From NCBI GenBank assembly GCA_043228905.1, contig JBHGNT010000002.1, positions 18,476,001-18,540,000 on the forward strand: a stretch of DNA of 64,000 nucleotides, written 5' to 3'. This DNA comes from Azolla caroliniana. Lineage: Eukaryota > Plantae > Polypodiophyta. Of the stretch, positions 1 to 13,312 are shown one piece after another. Below the pieces are notes generated by a model, which was not told the origin of the DNA, ran no database searches, and was given only the letters and a program-made list of their open reading frames with translations. Numbering within the stretch: position 1 is the first letter of the stretch; every line of letters begins with the position of its first letter. The position numbers and the translations under genes were made by a program.

Positions 1-979
1 TTACTCAACATTAGGTCTGGTCTGACGGAGCTGCGTCACAATTCAAGGCTCGACATCCATTTTATTTTGTGGGGAGGTATCCTGCTATAACAGGTTTGGA
101 GATGAGATGGAATTTTTTTGGGTCTGGCCATGGTAAAGGTGAACATGATGCTGCAGGGGCTGTTATAAAGCGGGCACTTACCCATGAACAACTAAAGACA
201 GATGGTGTGCACATGAATTGTGCATCACATGTAGTTGAATTTTTAAGAACAAATATGTCAACGAGTGCAACAGGTGTTTATTCCTCGCAAGTCCGAGATA
301 TCAAATGTGAATTTTGGGAAGTGAAGATAGATGAAGTAAATAGGGAGAAGACCTGGGAGTGAGTGCCAAGGAATTCCTGAATTGCGATCTTTGCATGTTG
401 TTCGCGGTTATTCCAGGTTGGATGGTCATTGTATTGTGGTTAGAGAATTGACTTGTTTTTGCTTCCATTGTGTGTAGGGAAATTGGAGATATTGTCTAAA
501 CAAAGCATACATTCAGAATTGGGAGTATCACACTCTGAATGATAAGGAAGCATTTGATGGAGAAACAGGGTAGAATGCTGACTTCACATATGAGGGACTT
601 GGAGATACTTTGAGTGATGTCCTGAACATTGGGGATAACTTCGTTGTAAATGCTGAAGAAGGCAATTCAGAGGGTGCTTGATTTCTATATATTGAAGTGC
701 ACGGTTAGTAAACAGTGTGCAAGGCAGAATATTGTAGATGCATGGGGAAATTTTGTATCTGCTGGGACATTCTACATCGAAGGCATTTTTTATGCAAAAC
801 TAGATGACTACGAATATGTGTACAGGCTGTTAGAAGACAAACCAGCGGCGTACATGTACTCTCATTTGGTCAGCTGCATCAACGTCCCAATGTCAGAATA
901 CAATAGCTGCTCAGGTTTATACACTGTTGGTGCTAATGTGTATGAATGTATTTACAATAGTATGCCATGGAATTTGTAG
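1..979 (+). pseudogene. 3' part of a decayed Sola2-like DDD DNA transposase
   Basis: Motifs SDGAASQFK (~20-47) and WNFFGSGHGKGEHDAAGAVIKR, a CFCFHC cluster and a C-terminal DFYILKC region; broken by stops and frameshifts. Superfamily label is from motif recall. Confidence 0.7.
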
Positions 980-3109
980 CTACAAGTAGCAATTACCATG
1001 TTCTCTTGTAAAACAAACATGTATTTTGCGAAAACAATTAAATAAATTCGTTTGAGAATCAATTTCTTGTATACAGTCTGCTTTCTGTGCTTCTTTCTCA
1101 ATAAAATCATGTCTTTTTTGTTAAGTTTTAAGTTATAAGTTAAAGCGAAATAGTCATCAGTAGCTAATTAGTTGTACAAATGCAGCTAATTAGCTGTCAA
1201 TAGCTAAATAGTCATCAATAGCATGAAATCAACAATCTGCAACATATTCCTCAAATTACACAGTAGATAAGTAGAGTGGGAACAAGTAATTAAATTCTTC
1301 ATTGAATAATGTCATCTCTTTACATATTTATAAATTACCATTGGAAATGTCTACAAATCTCCTATAAACAGCTAAGCTCTTGCTAGTGAGTGGAACGAGT
1401 CTACATATATTATCTGCATATCGAGCTCGGTATGGAGTCCACAACCATGCACCTAGTTGGCAGCTCACTGTTTGCACCAGGTACTATTTAGGCATTTCCT
1501 CGGGTAGAATGAGACAGCATCTCCGAATATTGAAGTAGTGCCAGAAATGTTCTGTATCCAAAATCAATGTATTGTCGGCATTATATTCAGGCCAAGTAGC
1601 CCAAAAATCAGAAAGTCTCTTGAATCTTGCAGCTTCCATTTGCTCACAATTTTCTCGTGCCCATTGACTTTTAAAACGACTTCGCCATTTTGGGAAGAAT
1701 CTTGCTAAACACTTCCACACATCTGATTTTGTTTTTTCACTCCAAATTAACAAATCAAAGTATTGCACAACCCACTCTAGAATTTGATTCGCGTCCCTCC
1801 TTGGCTACATATATTTCACACTCATCAAGACTTTATCAAGTTCCAAGATCAAGGCTCTTCTTTCGACTTTTAGTGGTTTAGGTTTCCATTCCTGAAACTG
1901 AGCCGTTGTTACACCATTTTCTGGTAGGACACCATCAATCTCAATCAGCTCAGGTTCGGCCGACACAACTGGCGTCCTTTTCCTCTTCAAACCCCTAGTC
2001 GACTGTGTTGGGCCTGACTTCACATTCTGGTGCTCTTGTTTTGTCGACTTAGTTAACAATCCTTGGATTACCTCGGTGCATGTAGCTACTGATCTGCTCG
2101 ATATCAGTCCACTGGTATCACATGCTGCATCTACCTGCAACACCAAGTCATCCGTGCAACATGCTTGATCAACTTGTGTGACCAGATCACTTGTGTCAGT
2201 TGCTACATCTACTTTCAAGATGGGGCCCTTTAAACATGCCGCAACATCAACAGTATCAACACTGCCATTGGCCTTACGAGCAATAGAATCAAACCCTTTA
2301 GACTTTGCAACATCAGAAAACACCAACATATACACACTCACAAAGTAACTAATAGTCTCATAAAACAACATCCTGAACATCAAAGAGTTTCAGTCATAGA
2401 ACAACACTCTTCAAATTATCTTGGAAAAACATCATGGAGTTCCATTACATAATGTGGATCAAGCAACAACCAATCCGAGGTTTTACTTGTCCAATAGGAT
2501 AGTAAAACTTCATAAAACCCTAGCAAAATCCCTAAGCTAACAATCATATCCAACTAAACAGTATTTTGCTCCACTACGTCTGGGCCCCTTGACCGAGTAA
2601 CTGGTCTTGTTCCCGATCGTGGCCCCTTCTTCAGCCTTTTTCTGGCCGGTTGCCCATTTAGCCTTGCTTCTTTCACCCAATGCGCAAGTGTGTCCTCCTC
2701 CGACAACCTTCCCATCGCCTCAGCAGCTAATTGCACATAAGCCGTTTCTTGAACTAGCGTTTCAAGTTCAGAGGGATCTGTTTGGACATTTTTAGTAGTT
2801 GGGCTTGGTGGGGTGGAATCAAGGTCTTGAGATTCGAAGAAATATTGCATCAAGTGTTCATAAACATTGTTGTTGTGAACCTCAGTTTTACATGTTGTTT
2901 CCACTATTTCATGGCATTTCACATCGTTGCCTAATTCAGTACACTGTTCCAAAAGAATAGGTTGAAGCTGATCTGAAGGAGATGTGATAGCAGGACTCTT
3001 ACTTTCAGCCACGTTGGCAGCAGTATCCTCATCCGTTGCAACGTCATTAGCACCAGACACATCATGTGTCGTCCTTAATCCACAAGATTCTACAATAACA
3101 TGGCAACTA

Positions 3110-4460
3110 TTTAGGATAGCTAATTAGCTACTTTACTAAACTATGGTAGAAGCTAGGATAGGTAATTAGCTAGTACGATAGCTAATTAGCTACTTTACTC
3201 AACAATGGTAGTAGCTAGGATAGCTAATTAGCTACTTTACTCAACTATGGTAGTAGCTAGGATAGCTAATTAGCTACTTTACTAACTATGGTAGTAGCTA
3301 GGATAGCTAATTAGCTACTATGGTAGCTAACTAGCTACTTTACTCAACTATGGTAGTAGCTAGGATAGCTAATTAGCTACTTTACTCAACTATGGTAGTA
3401 GCTAGGATAGCTAATTAGCTACTTTACTAACTCTGGTAGTAGCTAGGATAGCTAATTAGCTACTTTACTCAACTATGGTAGTAGCTAGGATAGCTAATTA
3501 GCTACTTTACTCAACTATGGTAGTAGCTAGGATAGCTAATTAGCTAGTAGGATAGCTAATTAGCTAAAATGATAGCTAATTAGCTACTTTCTCAATTATG
3601 TAGTAGCTAGGATGGCTTATTAGCTACTAGGATAGCAAATTAGCTGCCAGTAGCTAATTAGCTACTACGATAGCTTATTAGCTACTTTACACAACTATGG
3701 CAATAGCTAATTAGTTACTAGGATAGCTAATTAATTTCCAGTAGCTAATTAGCTAGTACGATAGCTAATTAGCTTTTTTACACAACTACGGTACTAGGTA
3801 ATTAGCTAGTACAATAGCTAATTAGCTACTAGGATAGCTAATTAGCTACTAGGATAGCAAATTAGCTGCCAGTAGCTAATTAGCTACTATGATAGCTTAT
3901 TAGCTACTTCACACAACTATGGCAGTAGCTAATTAGCTACTAGGATAGCTAATTAGTTGCCAGTAGCTAATTAGCTAGTAGGATAGCTAATTAGCTTTTT
4001 TACACAACTATGGTACTAGCTAATTAGCTAGTACCATAGCTAACTAGCTACTAGGATAGCTAATTAGCTAGTAGCTCATTAGCTGCCAGTAGCTAATTAG
4101 CTAGTAGGATAGCTAATTAGCTAGTAGGATAGCTAATTAGCTAGTAGGATAGCTAATTAGCTACTTTACACAACTATGGTGCTAGCTAATTAGCTATGAG
4201 TAGCTAATTAGCTAGTAGCTAACTAGCTGCTAGTAGCTAATTAGTTGCCAGTAGGATAGCTAATTAGCTAGTAGCTAACTAGCTGCCACTTAGCTACTTA
4301 ACTACTGTAGTAAACTATCGCAGTAGCTAATTAACTAATAGGATAGCTATTAGCTACTTTAATCAACTATGGTAGTAGCTAATTAGCTACAACGATAGTA
4401 GCAAAATAGTTTCCATATTTTTTACGGCTTAGCTAATTAGAAAAGACTAAGCTTATTAGC
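3110..4460. repeat. Satellite built on the 14-bp palindrome TAGCTAATTAGCTA
   Basis: Dozens of copies with spacers such as CTTTACTCAACTATGGTAG and GGA; ~43-bp period in the left half. Confidence 0.95.
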
Positions 4461-5809
4461 TACAATATGGTATACCTGTTAGTTTTCTCCACTCATTTGG
4501 TAGAGCTATACTGCAATCTCCCAAATAGAATGCAGCAATTTGACATGCATGTTGAAAACAAAGCAGATGGTATGTGTGGTTGCATGGTTGTAGGTGAACC
4601 AACAAAGACGCAGTTTTGCCCTCCACACCTAACCCACAAGCGATGCAACGTGCTTGAACGGTCAATAAATCATTTGCTGGTTCTCCTTCATTTGGTAAGG
4701 GAGCAAGAATGTTTAGGTCCAAATCCTATCTGGTCCTTACCATTCCCTCCACAAAATGTAGCTACTTCTTAAGGCAGCTAACTACCTGTTCTTGAGGAAT
4801 GTATTGTTCCTTCAACGCAACAGAGAAATTTACTGATATTCCTATTGTTGAAAGATACACCAACTTTGCTCAGGAATCGTTAACTTACTTGAAGCTTTTC
4901 CAAATTGTAATCTGCAATAGTATTTACACCTAGAAGGTCCAGGTTCATTGAAAGAACCTGCATCTCTATTTGTAGTTGTATTTTACGATGGGGATCCAGT
5001 GGCCCCTCTAATTCAAGCTCCTGTTGCACAACCTATTCCAAATAATGCTTGATTAGCATATTTTACCCTTAAAGTTATTTATAACACAATCACATACCAG
5101 CAAAACAATAGTTACCTGAATCTTATTTCTAATTGTTGTAACAGCGGAAGTAACTTTGCTCTCCATTGCAGAAGTCATTGTCGCATTCTCTAAATCAGTC
5201 TTAAAAAATGCCAATGTCTCACAGCCTTCATGGACATTTTTTAGCATATAGCTAACCAATGTCTCACATGTATCATCGACATTGGCTTTCCTTGGGTGTC
5301 GGTGTGGTGTATGCCCCCGGTCTTGCTGGGAGTCGGTATTTGTATCAACAGCTGCCATGCTCCAAAATCTGTCTATTTTTTGTGCCAAGGTCCCCATCTT
5401 TCAGCATCTTTTTACCGATGCCTCACCATAGACTGCCCAAGCTACCCTATACATTTCAGGGTCTTTGGATTCTTTCGTTGTTTTACAGTACTCATTGTTG
5501 ACTAGGATCTCCTGATGAGCTTTCTGGTGCAGCCTCATGCAGTCATCGTACAAGTCGGCTAATACATGCTTCAGCTTGACCTTGCCTTTGACTCTAGGCA
5601 CTGTATATACTGTCATCCAGTCTACATCACTGATCAATTTATCACTTAGGATAGCAGGGTCAACACCCTCGAGTGACAGAATATAGGTGTTGTGGAAGTC
5701 CTCCTTTGTCTCGCAAAATTTTGCGAAGTTTAGCACTTTCGGATATGGAGGAACAAGCCATCTGAAATATCATTTCAGAAATAAGAAATAGTGCAAAATC
5801 AGAATATGT

Positions 5810-6410
5810 CAGAATCAGAAACCCCAATCAACAACAACAGAAATAGTGCAAAATCTTTAACTTAGCAAATTAGAAACCCTAATCATAATTTGTATTCAGA
5901 AATTTGAAATCAGAAACCCTAATCAAAATCTGTAATCAAAAGTTTGAAATCAGAAACCCTAATCAAAATCTGTAATCAGAAGTTTGTAACCAGAAACCCT
6001 ATTCAGAAATTCTAATAAGAAATTTATAATAAAAAACCCTAATCAGAAATTTCAATCAAAAACCCTAATCAGAAATTTCAATCAAAAACCCTAATCAGAA
6101 ATTTCAATCAAAAACCCTAATCAGAAATTTCAATCACGAACCCTAATCAGAAATCCTAAACAAAAATTTATAAACAAAAAGCCTATTCAGAAATTCTAAT
6201 CAGAAATTCTAATCTGTAATCAAAATTTGTAACCAGAAACCCTATTCAAAAATTCTAATCAAAAATTTATAATAAAAAACCCTAATAAAAATTTTCAATC
6301 AGAAACCCTAATCAGAAATTTCAATCACAAACCCTAATAAGAAATTCTAATCAGAAATTTATAAACAAAAACCCTGATCAGAAATTTCAATCAGAAACCC
6401 CAATCATCAC
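5810..6410. repeat. Tandem repeat of AAACCCTAATCAGAAATTTCAATCA-like units (~27 bp, telo-box-like core)
   Basis: Repeated AAACCCTAATCAGAAA; lies between cargo-gene exons. Confidence 0.9.
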
Positions 6411-7539
6411 TAAAGACAGGATTAAACACAAAAAAAGTAATATAAACACACCTGCTGCTACTCCCCGATCTGTGAGACATCCTTGTATGGGACTCCAAGG
6501 ACTTCGCCCTATTCGATTTTGGGGAAATATGAATCAGCACCAAAGTTCAGACAGTAGTCAAAAAGAAAAAACAAATGTTTGGGGTTTCTGTAACTGAAAC
6601 ATACCTGGACAATGATTGAGCGGGTTCTGTGTTGTAGCTCTCAATCTGCAATGTCGATTTTCTGCTGTTGCAGGAGCTACGTCTGCATTCGTGCTCTGAG
6701 TACTCCATCTGCGTTCAAAATCAAACTTAGGTTAAACAGGAAATTGATGACATTGAAGTCGACCTTAGATGATGGTGCTATTCCCCAAGTTCCACTACGT
6801 CTGAAACAGAAGTTCAAATATTTGAGTTTTTTCATAAATTAGTTTTTCAAATATTTGATTTTCCCACAAAAAAGACTAGCTAAACAAATAGCCAATTAGC
6901 TATGGCCATTTTAGTAGCTAATTAGCTATAATAGTGTTTCCACTTGCATGCTTTTACCCCATTACCATATTACGTTGATCATACCGTGTTTTGTATTATT
7001 TCCCGATCTTAATGGAATCATAGTCTTCTGCCAATTCTGTCATGCACATGTAGATATCTTCGACACTAATTTTCCAAAGTCATGGAAACTTACTAAAAAT
7101 ACTTTTGCATTGCTCTCCTTCTCTTCCCCGTTCCCATAAAGTCTATGTTCGATTATTCATTGTTCCTAGCCACAACACCTAAAACCTAAGTTTTATATTA
7201 GCCTAATGCTATGGTAAAAAAAGTAATTTAAAGGGGTCTAGAAGAGATAACAACATAGAAATATGAAATTCAAAGTATTTGATTAAAATGAAAAGTGAGA
7301 TATGTTTTTTGTGATACTTCAGTTTTATGGTTTAGATTTGGTTCATTTTCGGTCATCCATTTTATAATAGTCTAACTTAAATGATGGTTTTCTTTCTTAA
7401 AAAGTAATTGTTTTGGAAAAGGAATATATGAGTGTGGTATAATCGTACATGTTTATCAGAAAACCGATGGATGTTTATGCTATGGCATGTTAAGTATGTT
7501 TATTCTACGGTGTATTAAGCACTCATTCTGATTAATTAG

Positions 7540-10500
7540 GTGCTGAAATAACAAAAAATTAGGTGCTGGAATATACGAGAGTGACAATGTTAGTCGTCAA
7601 GGAGAGTGAGTTGTCATGTAGCAAATCTATGTCTGAGAGGAGAAAGAGACGGGTGGTTCTTCACATAATCCATTATTTACTAGAAGTAATTGATAGATTT
7701 AGCTTGGAGGATTGTAGGGATATTATCTCTAGAGTGTTGCACCATCAACTTTTAATGAAGACATGGATGGAGAATATTAAGTTTAGGGACCAATATGTTT
7801 CAGAGAAGATTGTAAAGTCTATGAAGTCATCCTTAGACTTAATGAAAGGGGTAGAGAGAATAGATAGAGTATAGATAAGGTTGTTGCAAAGAGAGTAGCC
7901 CTTCACATGGTTGTAAATGGTAAAAGAAAAAATAAATAGTGATACTAAAGTTGCCTTAGCCCTTGGTATTCAAAGAAGGAACATGAGGAAGCATCAAACG
8001 AATATACAGTCAAATCAATTTATGTGGATGGGGTTAGGCCGTAGACGACGATGTGATGCCTTGCCTCATGAGATTATTGAGAAAGTGGAATCCTTTTGGG
8101 CAAAAAACACACGTGTCTCACTGAATGAAAAAGATGTATGTAGACAACGTATAAGTCAGGGTAGGTACCAAATTCACCCGAGACTCTTCTTGGAGATGGC
8201 TGAGGTAATTCATTTTTTTTAATCTATTTGGTTTTAAATATTTTTTTGTTTACTAAAGGCTTCTATTAATGTTACCTATTTATTGAGTGATGTAGGCTAA
8301 ATTGTTCATGAATTTCAAAGACCCACATCCTAGCATCAGTCTTGGATTTCGCAAGTTCGAAGGTTTGAAACTGTTTTTTGTTAGAAAATTAAAGGCGAGG
8401 AACACATGTTGTTGTGTGTACGACATTAAAATGGACATGTTAAGGCTTGCTGTGAACACTATGTGTACTCATTCTAAGGGTATACACGGGGATGGGTGTC
8501 TTTGCACTTTTGAGGTATGTAGACCAAATGGGCGTGATAATAGATGTAATGCGCGAAACATGACTTGCGCATCAATTTCTGAGTCATAGAGGTCTTTTGT
8601 TTGTGAAAAACAACTGTCATCTGAGTGGCATAATCATACATGTCTTCTAAGAACATGTAAGGTTTGCCCACAACCATTTTTTTGTAGACAGAAGTTTGAT
8701 GTGGATAACTGTCATATTGTGATATGGAAATATTTAGAGTATTTGACAGAAAATATAGGTAAGGGTCTCGTTAGTAAGCGTATCAAGGAAGTATATAAGG
8801 AGACATGTGTTACTACCCTTGACTCAGAGTTTAAGAAGCAACTCGGGGAATTCATTCCACATAACTTTAGGAGTTATTGGCAAAATTCACAGTTCAAGGA
8901 ATGTATAAATTACTTACCACCAAATGTTATGGTATCAGTTATTGACTTTGCAGAGAACTATACGTTTAAAGTTCAAAATAAGGTTCAGTCAATGCATTTG
9001 TACAATGACCAATGTACAATACTTGTACATATTTGCTACTAGAGAGAAAACGATCAGTTACATAAGAAATCAATATTCTACCTTTCAGATGATAAAAACC
9101 ATGATACGCTATTTGTTCAATATTGTTTTACGCTTCACCACACAGATTTATTGTCCTTGGGTGTTAACTTTAATTGCCATTGGGTTTGGTCTGATGGTGC
9201 TACCTCACAATTTAAGGCGGCCCGGTTCTTCTACTTCATTGCAAGGTGAGGAAATAATCCATGTGTTTGGTACTTATAAATGGAAGTCTATTTTGGTAAT
9301 ACTTCATAGTACTTTACCTATTGCTTTAGTTTCCTACTAGTATGAATATTCTATGAACACTCATAAAAAATGTTTGTATAAAATACTGAATCAATAATTC
9401 TCCTACTACATGCACCAATACCGTCTTGAAATGTGAATCTAAACTGATTGGGCATTTAGTTGTCTCCTTGTAGATTCACTAGTACTGATTATGGTAATAA
9501 CCGTGTTAAGAAAACTTAATTTACAACTTAGTACTATCCTCCCAGGTGCACAAGTACTATTTAGGGTTCATGCCTTGTAATTTATCCTTAATTTACAACA
9601 TAATATTGTCCTCTCTGGTGCACAAGTACTAATTATGGTGTAAGTCTTCTAAAATATCCTTAATTTATAACTAAGTATTGTCCTCACACGTGCACAAGTA
9701 CTGACTATGGTTCAAAGCCTTGTAAAGTACCCTTATTTTACAACTTAGTACTATCATCCCACATGCACAAGTACTGACTATGTTTTACAACTTAGTACTC
9801 AGATCCCGCATGCACAAGTACTAATTTATAACTTAGGACTGTCATCCCGAAGGCACGAGTACTAATTTATAACTCAACATTGTCCTCTGTCATGCATTAG
9901 TACTAATGAATAACTTAGTACTACCCTCTTTCGTTCATATATACTAATTTATAACATAGGGCTGACATCCCGCAGGCACGAGCACTAATTTAATACTTAG
10001 CATTGTCCTCTCTCATGCATTTGCACTAATTAATAACTTAGTTGTATCCAACTTTGTTCATTAGTACTAATTTATAACTTAGGATGGTCCTCTCTCGTAC
10101 ATTAGTACTATACAACTTTTTTCATTAAGACTAATTTATAACTTAGGCTTTTCCTCTCTCATTAGTACTAATTATTCTCTTAGTACTATCCAACTATGTT
10201 CATTAGTACTAATTATTAACTTAGTATTGTCCAAGTTTGTTCATTAAGACCAACTTATAACTTAGGATTGTCCTCTCTCATGCATTAGTACTAATTAATA
10301 GCTTAGCACTGTCCTCTCTCGTGCATTAGTACTAATCAATAACTTAGTACTATCCTCTCTTGTTCATTTGTACTAATTTATAACTTAGTACTGTCCTCTC
10401 TCATGCATTAATAATAATTATGGTTTAAGTCATGTTAAGAATTGTACGCTCCAACTATGCACTAATTGTCATGCAAAACACCAAGATACTTCTCATTCAC

Positions 10501-11000
10501 AAACATTAGGATACAATAGAACTACTTCGGGTTTGGACATGGAAAGGGAGAGCACGATGGTGCGAGGGCTATGATCAAGCGTGCTCTTACAAGTGAGGAG
10601 TTGGATAATAAAGGTGCTAAGTTACAAAATGCACATGATGTTGTGGAGTGGCTGACATGGAAGATGTCAGATGTTGGTAAGAACAAATTGTTTATTGGGG
10701 TTCCTGCTAATGAGGTGGATAGGAGTAAATCATATGGTTGTAAAATTGTGAAAGCAACGCGCAAGACCCTTTGTGTTTTAGGGTTTTGTCACAAGGACAC
10801 AACACAATTGTTATTCCATTGTTTATCGTGCTTTTGTTCCATGTGTTTAAAGGAAGCTTGGGATGAATGCACCAATCTATCAATTGTGGAGCCATGGAAT
10901 CTAAAGAAGCTTGAGATTGAACAATGTGTGGATATCGAAGAAAACGAACATTTAGACAATGTTGTATATTACAACCAGTGTGAGGGCTTCGCAATATTAA
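7540..11000 (+). pseudogene. Second decayed, intron-containing Sola2-like transposase
   Basis: TCCCVY, IDFAENY (~8941), WVWSDGATSQFKAAR (~9181-9225), then after a repeat-filled intron YFGFGHGKGEHDG (~10523-10561) and CFCSMC; multiple stops. Confidence 0.75.
9470..10420. repeat. Degenerate tandem repeat with TAGTACTA / ATTAGTACTAAT palindromic cores, intronic
   Basis: Recurrent 'gcattagtactaatt(t)ataacttagtactgtcctctc' units of ~40-60 bp. Confidence 0.85.
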
Positions 11001-11782
11001 ACGAATTACCACTTTGGTGCTCGGATCGTACCTAGTAAGAAGTAGTTGTATTGCCGATATGCCACCACTCAACATGTGAAACATAAGGGCGACGACACGG
11101 GATTCAAGGCTATAGATTCGACCACAGCAATGCACGGTTTATATCAGAGCCAGGTTTCGATTTTACATGGAAAACCTGAAATGGGAAAAAACCACGGGGG
11201 TCCACAAACCCCGAGAAAACAGATCACTATAGTAGAGTTACACTCTCACTCTCCTTTGTCTGACAGACGGCTACAGAGTTACACTCTCACTCTCGCACTC
11301 ACAGTTACAGAGGCAAATACCTCATTTTGACTTTTCAATAATGATCACTAACTATTACTATAAAGTTTTCCCTAGTTGCTTATAAACCAAAGCAACTTTC
11401 TGGCAATTTACAAGTATAGCCCCCAGGAGGCATTTTAGACTATTTACAATTATAGTCTTCCGAAACGATTTCGATTTCAGTTTCGGCCTTGGTTCAGATA
11501 CTCACCAACATGGTACTTCTCTTCCCATCCGGAGGGACATGTTTCCCAACAAACTCCCCCTTCACTTCGGCATGGGGTACTTCACCAAACCGACTCTCGG
11601 TCGACACACGTTTAGCATTTTGGTTGACAACACCTTCGTTAGCATATCCGATCCATTTTCATTCGTGTGGATCTTCACTAGAGCAAACTCCTTTTCTTCT
11701 ACTCGCTCTCCGAGCCAATGATATCTTCTCTCGATGTGTTGGGTCCTCAAGTGGTAGGCGACATTTTTCACAAGGTGGATGG

Positions 11783-12400
11783 TGATGATGAGGTAGAGAT
11801 GATAGAAAGGAGAGATAAGGAAGATAAACATACCCAAAACCACAAAGATCTATTGCTAATGAATAATTATGATGGAAGGAAGAGAGAAAGAAGATACATA
11901 AATCCAAGTCTACAAGGATAAATTGATAACAACTCAACCAACACTACGTGAATAGGCAAGAAAACATCACAAGAAAGAGACTCCTCTCTACCACCTTACT
12001 CTTCTTGCTTTATATGAAGTTCTCCTCTACTAGATAACCTTCCCTTGCTTTCTTTTTCACGCTTTTTTTAGAACTTTTCATCCTTTATACTTAGCTATGA
12101 CACAAAGATCTTCTAATCGTCATATCTCCCTCATCCAAGCTCAAAATTTAGAGATTTAAAAAGCTACAAATAGCTCTCTTTACAAGCTTTCCAACTATAT
12201 TTGAACATAATATTTGGCTTCTAAAAGAATGAGTTATGAGCGTTCGTTTCAGACTGTGTTTTACTTTTCTCCACGTGTTTTGCTTTTAGTTTGACTTATC
12301 CTTGAGACCTTGGTTCGTGATCTTGCCTTCCAGATGTGAACGCACCATACCTTATATTCTTGTAGACTTCAATACCTTGAATTCTAAAAACACTTTCACA
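11783..12400. mobile_element. Solo LTR inserted in the RNase H of Copia B
   Basis: TG...CA ends; flanks GATGG/GATGA; removing it rejoins CDNQSV-IHL..N.AYH. Confidence 0.75.
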
Positions 12401-13312
12401 GATGACACTCTGGTTATCGCAATGGAGTTGGAATTCCTCCAACTGAATTCCAGCTCACTGATAAACTCCTTCATCCATATGATTTCCTTGCCATCTTTTG
12501 TTGCGGCCATATATTCGGCTTCCGTGGTCAAGAACGCAACGACCTTCTATAGCCTCGACTGCCATGAAATGGTTCCCCCTCCATAAGTCATTACGTACCT
12601 TGACGTGGATCGGTTGGTATCCACATCAGCCGACATGTCCAAGTGAGTATAACCTTCCAGTGTGGGGTTACCTGAACCGAAACGAAGACACACATTCGAG
12701 GTGCCTTTTAGGATGAGGAGATCTCCTCTGTCGAATTTCTTCACAAACACACAATGATCGGCCTGCATTTTGTGGTATTCGTTGTAGGTCATGAAGGATT
12801 AGAATTTTCTGTACCATCGCCAAGGTGCTTGCTTCAACCCCTACAAGCTCTTCCTTAATCGGCATACCAAGTTCTCTTTACCTTTCTCTACAAATCCTTC
12901 TGGCTGGTGCATATAGATCTCCTCTTCGAGATAACCGTGCAGAAACGCTGTCTTCACATCCAATTGCTCGACTTCGAGATCCATGCTGGCCACGATGATC
13001 AGCACGGTTCGGATTGACGTCATCTTTACAACTTGCGCAAATATTTCATCGAAATCGGCAACCTTCTTTCGCTGAAAACCCTTCACGACAATTTGTGCTT
13101 TGTACCTGGGTGGATTCCTGCCATCTCCCAGGTTCATCTTGTATACCCATTTATTCCGAAGTGCCTTCTTTCCTCTCGGTAGTTCGATCAGTTCATATGT
13201 GTGGTTCTCATGCAAAGAATATATCTCCTCTAGCATGGCACTCAACCACTTTCGGATGTGCGTGTCACGGACAAACCAACCCTACACTACGACAAAGCAC
13301 AAATGACGAGGC

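Larger units (their letters stand above)
1330..6600 (-). pseudogene. Multi-exon cargo pseudogene: RING-like finger + low-complexity region + degenerate FCP1/NIF (HAD-like) domain
   Basis: Exon-like ORF pieces at ~6590-6452, 5762-5136, 4785-4474, 3090-2554 and 2318-1330 with GT/AG-like borders. CIAC..PCNHTYHLLC is RING-like. LILELDKVL..RRDANQILEWVVQYFDLLIWS..KRLSDFW..YNADNTLILDT follows the FCP1 domain layout. In-frame TAG stops are present. Confidence 0.6.

Noticed and set aside
5810-6410. Interstitial telomere
   Set aside because: Only single AAACCCTA cores within a ~27-bp unit, not contiguous (CCCTAAA)n
6950-7250. TIR or boundary between the two Sola2-like elements
   Set aside because: No matching inverted partner or TSD could be found within the window
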